Of a DNA stretch of 64,000 bases, positions 23,534-35,169 are shown piece by piece (within the stretch, counting starts at the first letter, position 1; each line of letters opens with the position of its first letter). The stretch spans positions 41,044,001 through 41,108,000 of the forward strand of contig NC_083279.1 in the NCBI RefSeq assembly GCF_963506605.1, read 5' to 3'. This DNA is from Zootoca vivipara (Eukaryota). A program made the position numbers and the translations under genes. The notes beneath the pieces are model-generated. The model was not told where the DNA came from. It searched no databases and worked only from the letters and a program-made list of their open reading frames with translations.

Positions 23534-26075
23534 GGCCTAGCTCAGGGTGCCACCCTTACTGTGTTCCAAAGACATCACCCATACCTGGTGTCATATATGA
23601 TACCAGGTGTTGCACAGGTAGAGATATGGCTGGATCAGCTGCTTGTGAAGCTAATCCCTGCAGAAAGCAGGTTTTAACTTCCTGTGCATCAGCTGATGAG
23701 GACTCATTGTTGGTAATGTGTAGCTTGCTTTATTGGTGTAGATACTGTGGCTTTAATGTTTTACTGCTTTCTTTAGAAAATTATTAGCTACTAATATTGT
23801 TATGTATGCATTCTGCCTTGGGATTGCTTAAATGAAAAATAGACAAAAATATTTAAAATAAAAGAAAATAAATTTTAATGCCATTTAAGATGGTATATTT
23901 ATATATTTGTTTAAGATAAGTCTAGTCAGGCTTCCTGCACATAATCTTCAAGTTATACACATGTATTGTGCACTATATTGAAAGTCTTTATTTGAAAACA
24001 GTGTATTTTGGGTCCAGCTGCTAGTTTGCAACACTGTGACGCTGTAGCGATAATTTGAAATGTCTGTCATTGTTGAGAATCACTCTTCATTTACTGCTAA
24101 ATTTTCATTCACAAGATCTGCAATTGCTGCTGTTGGTGCTATGATAAATTTTCAATGAACAGTATGCAATTTCCTTTAGATCAGAGACTGCAACCAAGTG
24201 TAAAGGCACCCTACAAAGAAATTTACAACACAGCCTCAAACCAAGCTGCATTAAAATTAAGATTACAATATTTCCATGTACAGCTGGGGGTTTTTTTGGG
24301 AGAGGGGATCTTTGTTTTCTGTGAATATGTGCTCAGGCTAAGAGTCAATTTATGGTTGCATCTCCTATCCTAAAGCCTTTATTTTCATTATTCTTGGTCC
24401 TCCTTGTTAAACATATAATTGCACATGCAAGGTTTTTCTGGTGCACATGTAGAGAAATGCTCAAGTAATGATGTGTGCATGGTATTTCCTAAGTTTTGGA
24501 ACATCCTGCCTGAGTACATGCAAAAATTGTTACATTCTGAATTTTCAGAGAGTTTGTAGCAAAACTTCTCTTTTGCAATAGGCATTTGGTTGTCCATGTT
24601 CTGTGGCTAGTTCCTGAATTGTACGTGCATTTTTATCTATACTTGAATTTTATGCCCCCATTCTTGCCAATAGGTATTTTGATTGTGTGGGTGTTCTACC
24701 ACTGTAGTTTCTTATTATGCTTTTCTTTCATTACACCTTTTTGGTTAGCATTGAAGGTTCAGTTATTGGGACCTGGGAGTGCAGGACAGAAATATGGCAA
24801 TAAATAAATTTCTTAGCCAAATCTCAGAAAGAAAATATTCTCTTCTTTTGTTTGAAATGGGACAGAACTGATGGAGCTCATACCTATATTGGGTAGGTGG
24901 GATCTGTTTGATCCAGACTCTACTTTCTCAAATGTTTCACTGATTTTTCCAACACTCCTTAATTATTCTCTTAGAATTCATAACTGGGGTGAACTGCACT
25001 CCTGGCTGCAACAGAGTGTCTGCTCGTAAGCTACATAAACAAAGCTATGTGTCTCAGTGAAACACAATACACTCTGGAGTAGCAGGAAACTAATGAGCCA
25101 TGTGTGTGTCCCAGGTTTCTAGTATGCCTCATTATAAAAAGTGTGTTTGGTGGTCCAGCCTCCAGGCTGAATTCTTCTCTGGGGACTCATCGTGTGAGTG
25201 TCAGTCAAAGCACAGAGTTGTGACACACACAAGTTCAGGAGAGCTTTCAAAATCAGGAACTAATTTATTCCCTATGCTACTTGGTCTCTTCCTCACCAGC
25301 AGTGATCCTCTCATGGTGAATAATTGTTTGATTCCCACCAAGCAGATTTTTTTTTTTTAAAAAAAAAGCACTGAATTTTGAAAACCAGAGGGTATTTATC
25401 AGTTCTTGTTTTGACAGTTGGCTTATTTCTATTTTTCTTTCTTGGAACCCAAGATCAATTGATTTTTCCATGGGAAAGAATTAGATGTTGTTTCTTCTGG
25501 AAATATCTGTCTATTTAGTGTGTTCCTCATGGTGGTCCTAAATAAATGTAAACTAGTTTTTTTGTTTTTTAAGAAACATGTTAGAAGCCTTGGTTTTAGG
25601 GATAGATAGTATAAAACACCATAATTCAGAGGGAAAACAGTTTCTTCCAAAAATACTCATTTCTCTATGACCACGTTGAGTTGATTTCTATGTCTTTTGT
25701 ACAGATTTCCAAAGTGTCTGTGTTTTAGGACAATTCTAAAAATCATGTATCTAGTCTGCTTACACGATCCACATCTCCAGCATTTGCCAGATCTCAGTTT
25801 AATTATGGGGTGTTATGTACCATTGCTACAGAATCTTAAAGCAATTCTACTTTAAATTTCCTGATATTATTTTAGAAGGACATTATTCCAAATTGACTTC
25901 AATTGATCCTTGTTATACAACCCAAATCTCTCTGTAATTTCTCTGATCTAAACCTAGCCAGAGGTCATTACAAATTGCAATTATGCCTTTGTCCAAATGG
26001 GAAATAGTTTTCTACTAGTTTTATTTCCTAACAGCCCCACATTCCTGTATTAAGGAAGCGATTGCACCTCTAATT

Positions 26076-26192
26076 TAGAATCATAGAGTTGGAAGAGACC
26101 ACAAGGGCCATCCAGTCCAACCCCCTGCCAAGCAGGAAACACCATCAAAGCATTCATGACATATGCCTGTCAAGCCTTTGAAAATATTGAAA
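26076..26192 (-). mobile_element. CR1 LINE 3' end
   Basis: TAGAATCATAGAGTTGGAAGAGACCACAAGGGCCATCCAGTCCAACCCCCTGCC. Confidence 0.85.
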
Positions 26193-26479
26193 CAGCACGG
26201 TCTCCTTCCTGTCATAGATCTTGTAACCTCCTCAAATACCAAACTCCCTGGCCCCATAATAAGATTTTTATAGTTTCTAAACTGGCATATTGCCATTCTT
26301 TAAAGTCTCAAACTACTCTTGATTCTGGATTTAGAAATTCATTCGAGAATGGGACAGTTAATGGTGATTATCCCATGATTACCCTACTCTTGATTCCATA
26401 TCAAGTGTTCATAAAGGGTAGTATTGAGGAAAGTGCTTCTAATTTTGTTTCCCAATTACAGTATCTTCTTTAGCAAAGG

Positions 26480-26600
26480 TTACAGGTAGGTAGCCGTGTT
26501 GGTCTGGATCTGAAGAAGTGTGCATGCACACGAAAGCTCATACCAAAATAAAAACTTAGTTGGTCTTTAAGGTGCTACTGAAGGAATTTTTTTATTTTTG
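26480..26600. mobile_element. Penelope-like element (PLE) remnant: short inverted segment plus terminal repeat
   Basis: TTACAGGTAGGTAGCCGTGTTGGTCTG followed by CTGAAGAAGTGTGCATGCACACGAAAGCTCATACC...GGTCTTTAAGGTGCTACTG; TTTAGCAAA duplicated at 26469-26477 and 26601-26609. Confidence 0.85.
26505..26547 (+). ncRNA. Minimal hammerhead ribozyme motif of PLE type
   Basis: CUGAAGA (26510-26516), stem II GUGUGC-A-U-GCACAC, GAAA (26532-26535), GC, UC cleavage site; matches the minimal HHR layout described for Penelope-like elements. Confidence 0.7.
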
Positions 26601-26693
26601 TTTAGCAAACAATTAGCAATCACTTTTCATAACAGAGAAAAAGTTCCACCCAAAGGAAGTGTTTAAAATAACTTTCACCCTCTGGAGAGAGAA

Positions 26694-26862
26694 GTAAGAA
26701 CATAAGAGCTTGATGAATCAGGCCAATGGCCTATCTAATCTGGCTTTGTATTCTCACAGTGGCCAACCATTGCCCGTGGAAAACTCACAAGCAGGACTCA
26801 AGCAGAAGAACACTGTCCCCTCTTGCAGTTTCCAGCAACTGGTACTCAGAACATTATTGCCT
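26694..26862 (-). mobile_element. CR1 LINE 3' UTR, second subfamily with (TTCTTATG)n tail
   Basis: TAAGAACATAAGAG...ATCAGGCCAATGG..ATCTA...CACAGTGGCCAACCA; homologous to 55667-55842. Confidence 0.75.
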
Positions 26863-27264
26863 AAAACAAAAGAAAAAACAAAATGACACCAACTCAGAGT
26901 TAAACATTGGCCTTTATGGGACTCATAAGGAACTCAGACTCGGATTAACTCAGTTAATCACCATCAACTGTCCCATTCTATAATGGATTTCTAAATCCAG
27001 AATCAAGAGTAGTTAGAGAATGGCAAAATGCTTCAAGAGCAACACAGTGAAACTTCTGTATTTAAAATGCCTTTTCTGAAGAACCTGTGTTTTGATTCTG
27101 AGCTAATGCGGCAGTTAATGGTGATTATCCCATGAATATCCTATTCTTAATTCCCATATATGTTTTGTTTTGTTTTGACACTTGGAGTTATGCCAGTGCC
27201 CTTCACAAAAGTAGCTCCGTGTCTTATTTTCTTGGCTTCCTCATCATTATCATCATTGTTATTG

Positions 27265-27454
27265 TTACAGGTAGGTAGCCGTGTTGGTCTGAGTCGAAGC
27301 AAAATAAAAAATTCCTTCAGTAGCACCTTAAAGACCAACTAAGTTTATATTTTGGTATGAGCTTTCGTGTTCTGAAGAAGTGTGCATGCACACGAAAGCT
27401 CATACCAAAATATAAACTTAGTTGGTCTTTAAGGTGCTACTGAAGGAATTTTTT
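27265..27454. mobile_element. Penelope-like element remnant with tail-to-tail inverted terminal repeat
   Basis: Same family as 26480; perfect inverted repeat of about 67 bp (27304-27370 vs 27390-27456); 13-bp TSD ATCATTGTTATTG (27252-27264, 27455-27467). Confidence 0.9.
27370..27410 (+). ncRNA. Minimal hammerhead ribozyme motif of PLE type
   Basis: CUGAAGA 27372-27378, stem II, GAAA 27394-27397, GC, UC; core identical to 26510-26539. Confidence 0.7.
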
Positions 27455-27812
27455 ATCATTGTTATTGACACCCCTCTTTTCGTTATGAGGCTTAATCAAA
27501 GCCATGCCAATATCTCACTCCCAGGTTTAGGATGCACAAGATTTTATTTTGATTGAACAGCCTTGATTATTTTTCTGAAGGAAATGAACAGCAGTTTCCA
27601 GCAGTCATTTAACATTTTAATTGAGGACTATTGAGCGGGAAACCATCCATATAAAGTTCTTATTCCATCATTCTCACATGAAATTAAGATATTTAGAATG
27701 CTTAATGTCATAACTGAGAGAGTGAGTTGCTTTTATTTTCCTCAACTTTAACTTTCGCAAAAGGGAGGAAAATGGTAATTTCATCTCTTTCTTTTTCCTA
27801 GGGTCTCATTGT

Positions 27813-28300
27813 AATCATAGAATCATTGAATCTTAGAGTTGGAAGGGACCCCAAGGGTCATCTACTCCAACCCCCTGCAATGCAGGAATCTCAGCTAAAG
27901 CATACATGACAGATGGCCACCCAACCTCTGTTTAAAAACCTCCAAGGGTTTCTGTATCTTGAAACCCAGGAGAATATTATCACTTCCTTCCAAGTTTCTG
28001 GACACTGTCACTTCATTAATCAGTTACTCCCTATTGGTGAGGACCAGGTCCCATATAGATGATCCCTTTGTTGGTTCTTCCACTTTCTGGGAAATGAAAT
28101 TGTCAGCGAAGCAATGGAGGAATTTGGCAGACCTTACACGCTTGGCAGAGTTTGAGTCTCAACAGATATCGGGGAAATTGAAGCCTCCCATGATTACTGT
28201 TTCTCTCCTTTTTGAATGTTTGGTAATCTGCTTTAGTAAAGCACCATCCAAGTCTTCAGTCTGGCTTGGCAGTCTATAGCAGACACCCACAGTAAGGTCA
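27813..28300 (-). mobile_element. CR1 LINE with large internal deletion: degenerate APE endonuclease segment (27948-28300) joined to 3' end (27813-27947)
   Basis: Minus strand reads about TVGVCYRLPSQTEDLDGALLKQITKHSKRRETVIMGGFNFPDIC*...KFLHCFADNFISQKVEEPTKGSSIWDLVLTNRE*...EGSDN, matching CR1 EN motifs VGVCYRPP, MGDFN, PTRG..LDL.LTN, GSDH; followed by the CR1 tail. Confidence 0.88.
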
Positions 28301-28574
28301 TGGAGTCACCTATCATCACCACTTGTCTCCTCCTTCTCTGGGGAGTAGCAGGAATCATTCTATGGGCTGTGCCTTCCAAAGGCTGCTTGGAGTGTTCTGA
28401 GGTCTGCTTCTGTTGTTCTCAAGACTTCTCCTCTAGTTTATTGGAGCTTATTTTGATATTGTTGGGATAAGTTACAAAGGCTGGAAACTTATGGTTTGAG
28501 TACTTCCTACTCCTTCCTCCCAGCTTGTCATCCCTAGACTGCAATTCCCTTTCTCTAATGTTGTCTCCACAGAA

Positions 28575-28715
28575 GGTAGAGCACAGCCATCTTGGTTAGT
28601 TGCCATTGACACCCCTCTCCTCCATGAATTTGTTAATCCTCTTTTAAAGCCATTCAAGTTGGTGGCCATTACTGCCTCCTGGGGGAGCAATTTCCATACT
28701 TTGACTATGCACTGC
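28575..28715 (-). mobile_element. CR1 ORF2 C-terminal fragment
   Basis: VKVWKLLPQEAVMATNLNGFKRGL resembles the CR1 motif WNSLPQE.V.A..LDGFKRGLD. Confidence 0.8.
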
Positions 28716-30571
28716 ATATAGCTATGCAACAAACAAACTGGTAGGCAGGCAGAGAGATAAATCAATAGATTGGTGCATTCAATCTTATGAGACTCAGAAA
28801 CCACTTTTAACCCAAACTGAAACACAGGACTCTTATAATTTTAATGTATAACTTGTTCACACTCCTTACTCTTTCTTTTTTCCTCTTTAGTCATGTTTCC
28901 CCTCTTCCTTCTTCATTCCCCTTTTCAAAAGTTGGTTTCATTGAAACAGTCATTGTAACCCACCTTGGGCAATGTCACACAACACAGTTGTGTGTTGCCA
29001 AGTGTTGTGTTTGTGTATAATCCTTATTGTGCTTCATATATCCAGGCTTTCTGGTTAACCTTACTCAGCGGAAATACTGTGTATTTTCACTACTGGAGCT
29101 AAATAATATTCAAAGTGTGTTGAGGAAAAGCCAAAGTAATCAGACTACAATTTAAGTGACCTTTAGACAAAACTCATATATGAATACACATTAATTAGTG
29201 ACATACATAATGACATCAGGTAGAACAGTAAAATGTGCATAGCTTCATGTTTGATATGCATACATGGTTTCCATCATCTAGCTTGTCTAATAATTAAATT
29301 CAAATTATACAGTTGTCTTAATTGGATTAAGCTATTGGATTTAAGTACACGATATAATGTCTCTCATACTGAAGAACATGGTTGAGTGGAACATAATTTT
29401 AATTCCTTCTTCAATTTTGCCTGCTACTTGCACAGTAATTATGCAGAATAGGACATTTCAGATAACCTGTCTTGGTTTTCTTACCTTTTACTACACAGAT
29501 ACCTTGTTACTCTTAAAAATGAAAAGGTTCGTAGAATCTCCTGAAACAACTGTGTTCATATAAGTGAAAGGGAACAACACAGGGTCAAATCCTTAACTCC
29601 TGGCCATATCTCCAACCCACTGTGCTGCATTCCTAAGCACATGTTTATTCAGAAAGAATTCCAATTGTGTTCAGTGTGATTTACTCTCTGGTAACCATGC
29701 TTTGGATTGTAGCCTCAGCCTTACTCTTGGAACTCAATTTTCATATCACAGCTGTAAGGCCTTTTCATTTTCTGCCTTCAAATATGTCTTTTAAGTTAAT
29801 TTTTCCATTTAGCCTTTAGCCAAGAGTAGTTGGTGGAGATGTTTTATGGGAGATGAATGCAAATGAACAGGGATCTGGATATCCAAATGACACCAAATGA
29901 AATGGTATAAATTGGTGTTCTAAATTAACTTAATGTCACAAATATTGACAAGTACAAACAAGCATGCCCTCACTCTCCAGTCTGCTACATGCCAAGGTGG
30001 ACGTTAATCTGCCTCTCCCTTTTTGGTTGACCACAAATATCCTGAAGCTGGTGATGCCAGGCTGGGGTGAGTCATAACAGTAATGAAAGTATACCATGAT
30101 TAATCTAAATACTTTCCACAGAGCATATACCTGAAGCCTTCCTCTTCAAATCAGGCACAAGTTAGCAGCTCCTCCACAAGTTCACAATTACTCTCCCATC
30201 CTTTGAAGTACATTAACTTCACTGGGTCTATTCTGTATATAACTTATGATATGTTCACACTAGTGTCTTGAAACTCAGTGAGGCCATTCCTTCTGTTGTG
30301 CTTCAAGCTACATTTTCATGGTGCTGTACACATTAAAGAAGGAGCATGGATTCCCTCACCTGACATGCACAACCCTTTCAGTTTCCCTTTTCCTGCCCTC
30401 CCAATCCTGTTCACAAAGCTGTCATATTTGCATGTCTGCTCATCTGTGGATATGCGATGGCTGTCTCAACTGTAAACACCATTTGTAAGTACAAAGTGCA
30501 TGCAGCCTAAGTTTCGTGGTTGGATTGAAACTGGTTTGAGGAAAAACAGCAGTATTTATACTGAAACTAGG

Positions 30572-30985
30572 CAGTGTTTCTCAACCTTTTTGGGGCCACG
30601 GCACACTTGTTCCGTGAAAAAAATCACGCGGCACACCACCATTAAAAAAGTTAAAAAAATTAACTCTGTGCCGCCCTATATTGACTATAATTATGACTGT
30701 AAGAAACACTTTCCAGTTGCTGTGTTGGTTGCAATCTCCTGTAATAAGGCTTCACAAGCCGTCCGGCGGGTCAGCGGTGTGTATTGGCGGCCGCCAGGCT
30801 CGTTTGCACTGAGCTTTGGGAAAGAGGAGGAGAAATATTGCTTTCCGGCGGATCAGTGTTGTGTATTGGCGGCCGCCAGGCACGTGACAATGCAAATCGC
30901 CCTTCTCGTCGCCGCACGTCGCGGCACACCAGCCAGCGTCTCGCGGCACACTAGTGTGCCGTGGAACAGCGGTTGAGAAACGCTG
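30572..30985. mobile_element. hAT (Charlie-like) MITE
   Basis: TIR CAGTGTTTCTCAACC / GGTTGAGAAACGCTG; subterminal CGCGGCACAC repeats; flanks AACTAGG / AACTAGAG (TSD with a 1-bp indel). Confidence 0.88.
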
Positions 30986-31293
30986 AACTAGAGGATCAAT
31001 ATGGGTTGTGGCTAACATGTAAATGCCAACTAGCAGTGGGAGAACACTGGATGCAGACTAAGGAGTAACATTCATATCTTTCGTTGGGTATCACCCTTTA
31101 TATGACTGCTTTCATTAAAGGCCTGGATGAATAAAAAAAAGCAAAAGAATAAGAATAGATTTTAACACGAGAGATTGTGCAGACCAAACAACAAAAGGTG
31201 TAACTCTGTTGAGAAAAAATTAGTGTTTACTGCCATTCTAATGCAAATTTGCCTCAGGTAAAATTCAGTGGCAAACTCCAGCTATGCTAAACC

Positions 31294-31336
<43 letters not shown>
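31294..31336. repeat. (GTT)n microsatellite
   Basis: Direct reading. Confidence 0.95.
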
Positions 31337-31337
<1 letters not shown>

Positions 31338-32301
31338 GTTGTCATCTGTCTTGGGAGACAATGAAGGAATGTGGCTTTGGGAGTGAAGTCAAACTGCTGG
31401 AAGATTACAGTGCTGTAGCTGTAGAGACCGATATGAGAGAGACATGCTTTGTTGCAGCTGGGGCAGATAAAGATGCAATGTTGTGCTGCTGCAGATGCAC
31501 CATGGCATTTCTTCTCTCTGCTCTCCTCTGATCACTGCTATCAATGCAAAACCTGACTGCAAAACTCTGATCACTGCTATCCAGCAAAACCACTCCAAAT
31601 ACTTTTGACAGCCTTATTGAAAGTCCCTGGTCTTCCTTTGAATTCCTCAGATATTTTGCCGAAGCAGGATCCTACAAATATGCCTTAAAATATAACTTTC
31701 TAGAGAGCATTGAGAGATTTAATGGTGGCTCTAGTTTCACCAGTTTGCGGTTTCTTCTCTAGAATAAGCTCTACCACATGGATCCTGTAGGGATACTGAA
31801 ACTGTGCTTACTGTGAAAATGCAGTGTGAATGCAAGGTTTACCGTTTGTCTATGCTGCAGTATCGCCATTGTTATGGTGTTTTATTGTGTAACATTGTCA
31901 CTGAGCTTTATTGTATTTTAATGTCATTCTATGTGTTAATTAGTCCCAACAGATGAAGTCTATTAGCTAGGCAGAATAGGACGAATGGGATGCTAAAAGT
32001 ATGCTCCTTTAGAATGGAGAAAAAGCACAAGAAAGAAGAAAGGAAAGGAAGAACCCGATTACTGTAAATGGCAAGGATATTGTGTGTGCGCACATTATTT
32101 TCCTCCTGGACTTTTAAGTGAGTCAATTAAGCTAAGGTGATTGCTCATTAATAGATAAATAACCAGAAGATTGGAGGAATATTCCCAGTTCACTTATTGT
32201 GTGAGATCAGGGCATTTGACCCCAGATATTGTAAATCATGTTGCATGGAAGCCTGTTACGAAGGCCTCTTTGCAAGTTGGCACATATGTGCAATAAACTT
32301 T

Positions 32302-32475
32302 AGCCACATCCACACTATACATTTAAGGCACCATTATACCAACAGTCGTTGCTTCTCCCAAAGAATCCTGGGAACTTTCATTTCTTAGGGGTGCTGAGAG
32401 TTGTTGCGTCACCCCATGTTCCCTTGTAGAGCAACAGTTCCCAGAGTGGTTTATAACCAATCCTCTTCCCAGGGA
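32302..32475. mobile_element. Partial copy of the 8305-8634 fold-back MITE
   Basis: CATTTAAGGCA..., GGTGCTGAGAGTTGTT, CCAGAGTGGTTT, CTCTTCCCAGGG shared. Confidence 0.6.
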
Positions 32476-33217
32476 TCTAAGCAAACCAGCCGGGAACTGC
32501 ACAAGTGCTTCTAGAAGAGAAGGGAAAGTGATTAACCCTTTTACTGAAATGCTAATTTAGCCCCATATCACTATTATTGAATTTGGCAAGAGTGAGATAT
32601 AAGGAATAAATATAATAGATCTAGTGAAACATGGTATAAATTGCTTAGTTTTTCTTCTGGAGTATTTCCCGAAACATAAACACAACATTCAATAGCTCCA
32701 AGAGACAATGATATCTGTAGATGCTTCAAAACAAACTTGTTAGCACCAAATTCGTCAGTTGTACCTGTGACTGAATGGTGCTATTGTCAAAAATGGATAC
32801 TTTTCTTATTTCTGGCTGAAATTTACTGGGAGCTTAGCTGTCAAATATCTTGACTCGAGCCAAGAGCCAAGAACTTCAAGAGATGCTATTACCTGAGATT
32901 ACATTCTAAAAGGGAAAAGTGCTGTAATTAGAGCTTAGCTGCAATAAGTACAGTGCAAGAAACAAAAGGTCAAATCCAAGGTGTTCACTTTCTGGAGGAA
33001 CCCTTGGGATTAACAATAAAGTGAATCACTGCCAACGAGACTGCCAGGCTTCTAGTGATAAAAGGCATATTAGAGTCAGTCAAAGACCAATTGGTTCACT
33101 TCAAAGATGTGTACAAGTCAAAATTTTCTCCATAAGAAACTTCTTCAGAAGTCCTGTTCTTCAGACTTTCTCACCACACGCCAACTGTTCCAAAGAGGAA
33201 AGGCTGCAAATGGAATG

Positions 33218-33560
33218 TTGTTTGTTTGTTTATTACTAAATTTATATGCTGCCTTTCAAGATCTCAAGGCAGTTCACAAGATAAAAATACAAATAAATAG
33301 TCAGAACACAAAACAATACAATATCCCCAAAGACATATATTTAAAAGGCTGTAGAATATTAATCAACCCAAGGCCTGGTTGAGGAGGAATATTTTTGCCT
33401 GGTGCCTAAAGATATATAATAAAGGTGCCAGACAAGGCTCCCTGGGGAGAACATTCCACAAATGGGGGACAGCACCGAAAAGGCCCATTCTCGTGTTGCC
33501 ATCCTCCAGACCTCTTGTGGAGGAACACGAAGAAGAGCTTCTGGTGATTGCAGAGTCCTA
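33218..33560 (-). mobile_element. L2 LINE 3' fragment
   Basis: (TTTG)n tail then TTTATATGCTGCCTTT...CTCAAGGCAGTTCACA stem-loop end, and GAACATTCCACAAATGGGG..GCACCGAAAAGGCCC (antisense of the L2 AFS.A.P.LWN.LP motif). Confidence 0.75.
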
Positions 33561-34777
33561 TGTATTCAGAGGTAAGCGGATTTTGAGTGAAAACAGAGGG
33601 TAAGAACTTAACGGTGTAATGCTTCTATACCTCCTATTGGCTTGGAGGACTGGAAGATGTGGGCTGGAGGCATAATGGCAGCAAGGAAGGAAGAGAAGAA
33701 GAGTGAATTGCTATGAAACAGCAGCAATCTTCCTCAGCTTCCTCTTGCGTTTCCCCTCCTTTGGGTGGATAAGAAGTTTGTGTTTTTAAGTCAACATATT
33801 ATTATCTTGTTTCTTTGGTTCAATATCATAGAAACTGGTTCAGAAAAACAATAGCTCAATTTCTCTTAAAGAGGAAATAAATCTTTCTGTTTGGCTGTGG
33901 CCTCTTTCCCAGTAAATATGCTAGGTAAAATATATGATATCAATGCAGTCTCTTCTATTTCAGTAATAAATGATTCAATGGAACAATATGCCTACACCTT
34001 CTTTATCCTTCTGCATTATATACAGGAACAATTTTAGGGTCATTTCCCCATTTTCCTATCATCGACTCTGTTTGACTAGAGGTTTAGAGCAGTACTCTAA
34101 GATCAAGTTAAATAAAGAGAGAGAGAGAGAGAGGCATCTATATTACAGAAAAATGATACTATGTGAAATCATACTACTACTACTACTACTACTAATATTT
34201 AACTTATATTTTTGTCCATTATTAAAATTCTCCAGGTAGCTTAAAATTATTACCTAACATCATATATTTGCAATACAACACACAACACAAAAATAAAAAT
34301 GACAACAATTAATAAAATAAAAATAACAAAATAAAGCTTTCTCTTGTCAAGATAGAATAAATCAAAATGCCAAAAACCAACACTTTCCAGCTCTACACTT
34401 ATGTGATTCTATGATTCTATTTATTTCTCTGATTCTTCAAAATTTGCTTTCAAGAAAATTGCTTTGATCTTAATAATGAGAAAGATCTAAGAGAACTGAA
34501 CAAACAAATGTGACTCAGCCAAAATAAGAATGGAAGAGACATATGAGCACCTTCTTAAAGCATCCTTTAAAAATCCTGTGTATTGTCTGAGTAAGACCAA
34601 AAGCACTGGTCATCTTGCATTTTATTATTATGCATATAAAGGATGTACAAGCCGTATACACAATCTATCAGATGTAAAACAATGTGGAAACAATGCAGAA
34701 TACACTGAAGCAACAATATTGCGTTGAGGTGTTGTTTGGGTTGTTTTGTGGTTGTTTGTTTTTTTGCATCTTTATTA

Positions 34778-34839
34778 TCATACAACCACAGAACTGTAGA
34801 GTTGGAAGGGTCCACGAGGGTCATCTAGTCCAACCCCTG
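34778..34839 (-). mobile_element. CR1-type 3' tail fragment
   Basis: GTAGAGTTGGAAGGGTCCACGAGGGTCATCTAGTCCAACCCCTG. Confidence 0.75.
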
Positions 34840-35169
34840 ATCTTGTTGAGATTTATGTGAAAATTGGTTGTGTATTTTTAATGTTGTATTTCATGTTTAT
34901 GATTACTTGTCATAAACAAAGTTGACAAAATACTTTTCTCTTAAACATTTCAAAAGAAAATATTACTAAAGGAAGTTAAATAAAAAATGTGCATGTAAAA
35001 GTGTAGAGCTTATCTGCTGCTATTTCTGCCAATCCTTCCAATGGTGGTTCATGGCGGGTGGTGGCTGGAAATACTCAGGCTTGATGACCTGGGTCTGCGC
35101 TAAGAAATTGCCAAGATAATTTCTAGGCTCTTCAGCAGCCTAAGCTTTTGTAGCTGGAGTCAGTTGGAA

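Noticed and set aside
30500-30976. 158-aa ORF
   Set aside because: Lies across a non-autonomous hAT MITE and has no transposase motifs
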